From NCBI GenBank assembly GCA_019056805.1, contig DXJG01000001.1, positions 90,001 to 122,000 on the forward strand: a DNA stretch of 32,000 nt, given 5' to 3'. The DNA comes from Candidatus Baldrarchaeota archaeon. GTDB taxonomy: Archaea; Asgardarchaeota; Baldrarchaeia; Baldrarchaeales; DXJG01. The notes under the pieces are model-generated. The model was given only the letters and a program-made list of their open reading frames with translations, searched no databases and had not been told where the DNA came from. Positions 26,878-32,000 of the stretch are shown piece by piece (position 1 is the stretch's first letter; the number at the start of each line of letters is the position of its first letter). Position numbers and translations under genes: made by a program.

Positions 26878-27146
26878 AGCTTGTCACCTTCGGGTGCTGT
26901 TCACTAAGATATTTTAAAGTCTACTTTTAAGTTTATTGATGTAAAATACTTAAGAATAAGTTAATCTTTCAAATAATAAGAAAGTTAAATTTTGTAAACC
27001 TAATTTTTGTATTAAGTTTCTTAGGTTACGAAATTCATTCCGTATTCAAAATTATTTTTGATTAAAATAGTTGTTCATTATTTTTCTATTGAAGTGAAGC
27101 TATATTCCTAAAATCAAGATTATATGCTTTCTAAACTCTATTCAAA

Positions 27147-27935
27147 TTATAATAAAGATTTTTTCAATAATTCTACTGCTTTAATTGCTGGCGAAGATGG
27201 AACATAGTCGATGGGGGCTTTCTTTATCATATCAGCATAAGCAATTTGTTTATCAAAAGGTATGACAGCAAGCAGCGATATCTGATGTTTTTCCAATTCT
27301 TCTTTTACAAAACGTTCTTCTTCACTTGTTGATATCTTATTAGCCACAACAGCAAATTTACGAATCCCAATATCTAATGCTAACTTCTTTATACGGCAAG
27401 CAGTCTCAATGGATTTAAAACTTGGCTCAACAACAGCTAGCATTATGTCCACGTTCCTAGCGGTTCCACGCCCAAGATGTTCTATACCAGCTTCCATATC
27501 AAGGATAACAAACTCATCTCTATCAACAACTAAATATCTAAGTAAATTCCTAAGAAAAGCATGGGCTGGACAAAGACATCCTGTTCCTCCATTTCGAACG
27601 GTTCCCATAACTAAAAGCATAACTCCATCAGGACCTCTAACTCCGAACCGATCAACAATATCATCGACCTTGGGGAACAAATTAAATGCTCCACCAAGTG
27701 GAAGGCCAGGAATTTTCGTTCGTTCCTCTATAAGTTCTCTATTGACTGCAAGAGGAACTATTCTCGATATTTCTTCTTTTCTTAACCCTATCGTATAAGC
27801 AAGATTTGTATTTGGATCGGCATCTACCGCTAATACCTTATAACCATCCCTAGCTAGAATCCTAGCCAAAGTTCCAGCAATGAAAGTCTTACCAACTCCG
27901 CCTTTACCAGTAATAGCTAGTTTCACACCTTTCAC
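27147..27935 (-). CDS. cooC: CooC-family nickel-insertion ATPase, CooC1-like
   Basis: GKGGVGKT, DADPN, GGTGCLCP, DMEAGIEHLGRGT. Confidence 0.92.
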   Translation of the reverse strand: MKGVKLAITGKGGVGKTFIAGTLARILARDGYKVLAVDADPNTNLAYTIGLRKEEISRIVPLAVNRELIEERTKIPGLPLGGAFNLFPKVDDIVDRFGVRGPDGVMLLVMGTVRNGGTGCLCPAHAFLRNLLRYLVVDRDEFVILDMEAGIEHLGRGTARNVDIMLAVVEPSFKSIETACRIKKLALDIGIRKFAVVANKISTSEEERFVKEELEKHQISLLAVIPFDKQIAYADMIKKAPIDYVPSSPAIKAVELLKKSLL

Positions 27936-27950
27936 CTTTTAAATCTTAAA

Positions 27951-28880
27951 TTACCGTTCCGACAATATTTTACGTAGAGGGGACTGATCAAGATCTCTGG
28001 AACTTAAATGCAAATTTAAACCTAGTTCTTTTCTAGGATCTAAACCAAAAGCTAAACCAATCAGTTGAGAAATGTGAACTACTGGAATCTGCACATCTAT
28101 TTCCTCAAAAGATAACATTTCAAACTGAATTTTATCTATGGCACGCAAACAACTAGGACACATAACTAAAATAAGGTCAGGTTCTTCTTCAAATATGCTT
28201 AATATTTTTCTTCTAGCAAGTTCAAAAGATAAATTCCTTATAGACCTTAATGCAGGTTCTCCGCAACAAAGGTCTTTCTCTTCATAATCTATTGATGTTC
28301 CACCCAATGTTGATACTATTTCGTCTAAAAATTTGGGGTGTTCACTACTATCTAAGACTTTATTTTGGTGCGAATATAAGTAATGACATCCATAATGCAC
28401 TGCTATTCTTAAATCATCTAAAGGCCGCTCCACTAGTTCAGATATTTTTTGTCTCATTTTATAAAATAATTCAGCTACGTGAAAACAATTAACGTTTTGG
28501 GGGAAAGTAAAACCAATAGCATTAAGCGCACTTTCAATAATTTTCATACTTTCACCATTATTTTTAATGTTCTCCAGTGCGGAATTGATACTTGAATAAC
28601 AACCGTTACACACCGTTAAAACATTTTCATATCTATCTTGAGTTTCAGCTAGAATTCGCCCCACAATGGTATACATAGTATTTGAAGAAAGAATTCCCGC
28701 GAGAAACAGGGGAAGGCCGCAACATAAAACTTCTTCGGGTACGTAAACATTATACCCTAATTTAGACAGAACTTTTATTGTTGATGTTTCGATGCCAGGA
28801 TAAATATTAACCGATAAGCAACCTGGATATAAAAAAAGATCACCTTCTTCAGGTATCTTCTTTAGTTTTTCTACATTCAT
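27951..28880 (-). CDS. hdrB: Heterodisulfide reductase subunit B-like (two CCG domains)
   Basis: YPGC...CCG...CNGC and HYGCH...CCG...CPSC; C-terminal HISQLIGLAFG. Confidence 0.9.
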   Translation of the reverse strand: MNVEKLKKIPEEGDLFLYPGCLSVNIYPGIETSTIKVLSKLGYNVYVPEEVLCCGLPLFLAGILSSNTMYTIVGRILAETQDRYENVLTVCNGCYSSINSALENIKNNGESMKIIESALNAIGFTFPQNVNCFHVAELFYKMRQKISELVERPLDDLRIAVHYGCHYLYSHQNKVLDSSEHPKFLDEIVSTLGGTSIDYEEKDLCCGEPALRSIRNLSFELARRKILSIFEEEPDLILVMCPSCLRAIDKIQFEMLSFEEIDVQIPVVHISQLIGLAFGLDPRKELGLNLHLSSRDLDQSPLRKILSER

Positions 28881-29380
28881 TTTAAAGAACCTTCCTTTTC
28901 AAACATTTTTAACTTTTCGTGAAAGCTTGTTAATTTAAATATGGTTTTAAGATCGTTTCTGGTTTGATCAGATATTTTACCGTGCTTTATCCCAGCTTGT
29001 CTCTTGAACATCTCTATTTCTTCACTTAAAACAGGTGTTAGCATACCCCATTCCATAAGAATGTCAACAATACTTAGGTATAGATCAAGTACATCACGTT
29101 TTAAACCGGAAAGAAGAGCATTTTCGCGTAGACGTAATATTAGTTGAGGAATATCTACATTGTTTGGACATCTGACGTTACATGAGTAACATATAAGGCA
29201 AAGCCAAACTAAATTATCGTTTTTTACATCGTCAAATTTTCTTCTAACCAAATGATAAGCCAACAATCTAGGGTTACATTGAGAAAATCTTGCAGCTGGA
29301 CAAGACCCGGTACAAGAACCGCATTGAAGACATTTTAATAAGATTTCGAGCGATAAACTTTTATTTAACTCACCCATCAT
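28877..29380 (-). CDS. hdrC: Heterodisulfide reductase subunit C-like
   Basis: CLQCGSCTGSCP and WLCLICYSCNVRCP; stop overlaps the hdrB start. Start moved to ATG 29380 after a GGGTGG SD. Confidence 0.88.
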   Translation of the reverse strand: MMGELNKSLSLEILLKCLQCGSCTGSCPAARFSQCNPRLLAYHLVRRKFDDVKNDNLVWLCLICYSCNVRCPNNVDIPQLILRLRENALLSGLKRDVLDLYLSIVDILMEWGMLTPVLSEEIEMFKRQAGIKHGKISDQTRNDLKTIFKLTSFHEKLKMFEKEGSLK

Positions 29381-29400
29381 AACCACCCAGGTGACATAAT

Positions 29401-29778
29401 ATGTCATTGCAACTCACGTTAATTGTAGCAAGAACACATGACCAAGAACTTACAGCAAAGACCGGTACCGTAACTGACGAATACAAAAAGGCTGCTGCAG
29501 CCGCGTTTCTTTCAAAATCTGATCTAAACAGATTAGGATTGAAGAGTGGTGAAAACATCGAAGTATCCTTTATGGGTTCTTCAATTGTTGTAAAGGCTTT
29601 TGAAAGTGATGAGGTACGTGAAGGAATGATATTAATACCGTTGGGGCCATGGGCTATGGCAGTACTTCCTTCCTTTACTGGGCAGCATGGATTTCCAGTG
29701 TATGGACGAGTAACTGTAACTGTTAAACCCTCTGTTCGTGAAGTTTCAAATTTAAAAGAATTATTCACCACTTTTTGA
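29401..29778 (+). CDS. fwdD: Molybdopterin dinucleotide-binding protein, FwdD/FmdD-like
   Basis: LTLIVART..Q...K...EY..AAA...LS..DL..LGL..GE.IEV...VV.A...EG.I.IPLGPWA.AV pattern; GGTGA SD upstream. Confidence 0.82.
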   Translation: MSLQLTLIVARTHDQELTAKTGTVTDEYKKAAAAAFLSKSDLNRLGLKSGENIEVSFMGSSIVVKAFESDEVREGMILIPLGPWAMAVLPSFTGQHGFPVYGRVTVTVKPSVREVSNLKELFTTF

Positions 29779-31056
29779 TTCACCCTTTAATCTATCTATC
29801 TTTCCTCTTTCAAAAAGAATCCTAAACACTTTGGTTCTCAATTTCTCAATTAATTCATTTGCTATTTTTTTTGCCTTTTCAAATCCCTTGGGTTTAGGTG
29901 GTATCGCCTCTGGCGGTGGGAGCTCAACCATTTCTATGGGCACTTGCACAGGTCTAACATACAAAGGAGGTTTAAGCGGGACGTATCCTTCTAAAATTTT
30001 ATCAAAAAACTTTTGATAAGACATAGTCCAAAGTTTGTCTGAAGATTTAACGAAGTACTTTTCTCTGGAGATTTTAATAACTCCTTCTGGACAGGCATTT
30101 TCACATGCACCACAAAAGATGCAGAAATCTTCTACAATTAATATTTTTGTCGGTACAGGTTTTCTAGGAACATATATTACATTAACTGGGCAGATATTCA
30201 TACAGTTTTTACAGCCACTCGGGTCACATTTCTCAGGTTTTAATATTTCAGCTTTGCCAAGAAGAGGTTTTGCAAATTGGATTGCTTCCGTAGGACAAAA
30301 CTTAGCACAAATACCGCACCAAACGCATTTCTCATCATCAATTACAAGGCTTCCTTCGATTTTTAACTCACCTATTTTACGGGGAGCTGAAGCAGTGCAT
30401 TCAACCTTTATAGCGTCTGATGGACATATTTTTTCACATAGCCCACAATAATCGCAAGAGTTCTCTTCTACTGAAATGGTAATGCCAGGCTTATATTCTG
30501 GTGGTTGTGGATCAACCCATGTAATTTTTACAGCATCGCATAAAAGTTCACATAGTCCACAAAATGAACATTTCTCCACATCTATACTTATTTTACCCTT
30601 AGCCCATTCTTTATCTTCATATTTTACCAGTTCTTCCTTTTTTGGTACTTTAATGTCAACCTTTACAGCATTGCGAGGACATATTTTTTCACATAGCAAA
30701 CATGGTATGCACTTCTCAAGATCTACTTTTATTTCACCTTTAATTTGTGGATATTGAGGTTTTTCTTCGAATTCTAATTTTAGAGCTTCAAAAAAACACA
30801 CTGATGAGCATAGAGGACAAGCAACGCATTTAGTTTCATCAATTACTATGAGAGGGGCTTCAAATTTTCCAGCAGCTACTTCAGTTACTGGTCCAAGGGA
30901 AATCGCATCCACAGGGCAAACCAATTTGCAGAGGCCACAAGCCGTGCATTTTTCCATATAGAAGTTAAGTTGCTTAGAAAGTTCTGGGGCTTTCCACTCA
31001 TAAGTTAAAATATTGTCTAAGATGATTAGCTCCAATTTTGGTTTTTCAACAGCCAT
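29761..31056 (-). CDS. fwdF: Polyferredoxin with eight [4Fe-4S] motifs, FwdF-like
   Basis: Eight Cys clusters: CTACGLC, CVACPLC, CIPCLLC, CSFCGLC, CDYCGLC, CVWCGIC, CDPSGCKNC, CIFCGAC. Start at MAVEK 31056. Confidence 0.78.
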   Translation of the reverse strand: MAVEKPKLELIILDNILTYEWKAPELSKQLNFYMEKCTACGLCKLVCPVDAISLGPVTEVAAGKFEAPLIVIDETKCVACPLCSSVCFFEALKLEFEEKPQYPQIKGEIKVDLEKCIPCLLCEKICPRNAVKVDIKVPKKEELVKYEDKEWAKGKISIDVEKCSFCGLCELLCDAVKITWVDPQPPEYKPGITISVEENSCDYCGLCEKICPSDAIKVECTASAPRKIGELKIEGSLVIDDEKCVWCGICAKFCPTEAIQFAKPLLGKAEILKPEKCDPSGCKNCMNICPVNVIYVPRKPVPTKILIVEDFCIFCGACENACPEGVIKISREKYFVKSSDKLWTMSYQKFFDKILEGYVPLKPPLYVRPVQVPIEMVELPPPEAIPPKPKGFEKAKKIANELIEKLRTKVFRILFERGKIDRLKGESKSGE

Positions 31057-31057
31057 A

Positions 31058-31999
31058 TTAATCCCCTTCAGTAAATTCACTGCCTATAGGTCCAAGCTGT
31101 TTAATTCTATTTACAAAATCAGTGATTATTTCAGCAAGTCTTTTTCCCTCAGCCGCCGATGCCCCAACGATTTCTACTCTATCAGGTTTTATTCCATGAA
31201 ATTCTAATAATTTTTTGAGATGTTCTATCTTTTTGTCCGCTTTCAGACGACCAGTACGGTAATGACAGTCCTGTTCATGGCAGCCAACGATTAGAACTCC
31301 ATCGGCTCCAAGACTTAAAGCTTCTAGTATATGAATTGGATTAACTCTAACTGAACAAGGAACTCTAATGATCCTAATATTTGTCGGATAATTTATTTTA
31401 TTCACTCCAGCATTATCAGCAGCAGCGTAACCACACCATTTACACATAAAACTTACAATTAGAGGGTATTCTTTCTTATCAATCAACAAAACTTCCAACA
31501 TTTGTGATATTTGTTTATCACTGAGTTCAATTGATGGTTGAAGAGCACCAGAGGGACATACAGCTAGACATGCACCACAACCCCTGCATGCAGCTTCTTT
31601 AATATATACCTTCCTCTGTTCTATTTGAATAGCCCCAAAGTCGCAAGCTAAAGTGCAGAGACCACAGTGAATGCATTTTTCTTCGTCGAACTCTGGAGCC
31701 ACAGATTCTAATTCTAATTCTTTTAGAGATAGAAAAGTTAATGCTCTACTAGCTGCCAATCCTGCATGAGTTACAGTTTCAGTTATATCTTTTGGACCAT
31801 TACAAGTACCTGCTAGAAATATACCACTACTAAAGGTGTCAGACGGATTTAATTTTGGATGATATTCCATGAAAAAGCCATTTTCATCTAATTGTAACCC
31901 AAGAACGCTAGCTAGCTGCTTTGTGTCAGCACTAGGCTCCATACCAACACTTAAAACTACAAGGTCGAATTCTTCTTCCCTATATTTACATTCGAGAGT
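31058..31999 (-). CDS. hdrA: HdrA C-terminal region fused to MvhD (HdrA-MvhD/QmoB-like), 5' part outside the window
   Basis: Frame is open to the window edge: FDLVVLSVGMEP...GFFMEYHPKL...GIFLAGTCNGPKDI, two ferredoxin motifs, then MvhD blocks CKWCGY, RVPCSVRV, GADGVLIVGC...DCHY. Confidence 0.9.
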   Translation of the reverse strand, partial: TLECKYREEEFDLVVLSVGMEPSADTKQLASVLGLQLDENGFFMEYHPKLNPSDTFSSGIFLAGTCNGPKDITETVTHAGLAASRALTFLSLKELELESVAPEFDEEKCIHCGLCTLACDFGAIQIEQRKVYIKEAACRGCGACLAVCPSGALQPSIELSDKQISQMLEVLLIDKKEYPLIVSFMCKWCGYAAADNAGVNKINYPTNIRIIRVPCSVRVNPIHILEALSLGADGVLIVGCHEQDCHYRTGRLKADKKIEHLKKLLEFHGIKPDRVEIVGASAAEGKRLAEIITDFVNRIKQLGPIGSEFTEGD

Positions 32000-32000
32000 A

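Noticed and set aside
26995-27029. Imperfect inverted repeat AACCTAA-N17-TTAGGTT upstream of cdhA
   Set aside because: Short arms with a long spacer in very AT-rich DNA; not distinguishable from background by eye.
26878-27146. Possible small gene or ncRNA in the 269-bp cooC-cdhA spacer
   Set aside because: The minus-strand ATG frames I checked close within a few codons and there is no GC-rich structure; it looks like an AT-rich promoter region.
29370-29783. 137-aa minus-strand ORF spanning fwdD and linking fwdF to hdrC
   Set aside because: No recognisable motifs, while the plus-strand frame matches FwdD. In this antisense register stops need Tyr/His/Gln codons on the sense strand, so a long open frame can arise by chance.
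27951-31999. Calling the organism a methanogen from hdrABC, fwd and cdh
   Set aside because: No mcr or mtr genes in the window; these modules also occur in non-methanogenic Wood-Ljungdahl archaea.

Overview
AT-rich archaeal chromosome segment with no tRNA, rRNA, CRISPR array or mobile element visible. The lineage is inferred to be Asgard/TACK-like from a strongly eukaryote-like STT3. From left to right: (1) a partial ATP-NAD kinase family gene; (2) a 1135-aa AglB/STT3 oligosaccharyltransferase with four tandem, sequon-rich C-terminal beta-domains; (3) a minus-strand informational superoperon, METTL5-csl4-DUF2067-rpoL-RNase III-like-tfs-small ORF-RPA14-like-pcn-priL-priS-gins51-rpl44e-rps27e-aIF2alpha-nop10; (4) enolase and a UPF0146 gene; (5) two tandem uncharacterised nucleotidyltransferases and a DUF166 gene; (6) a Wood-Ljungdahl cluster, hdrA-mvhD fusion-fwdF-(fwdD inverted)-hdrC-hdrB-cooC-cdhABC-microprotein-cdhDE, plus a convergent second cooC/acsF. 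The best candidate for something new is a 55-aa ORF (22339-22506, minus) missing from the ORF track. It lies between cdhC and cdhD and is a gap-free copy of the CdhD N-terminal module (15/40 identities). Its 16-residue core motif also occurs at the CdhA N-terminus and the CdhC C-terminus, which suggests a shared docking or assembly hub for the ACDS complex with a free-standing subunit. All family assignments come from motif recognition by eye, not database searches.
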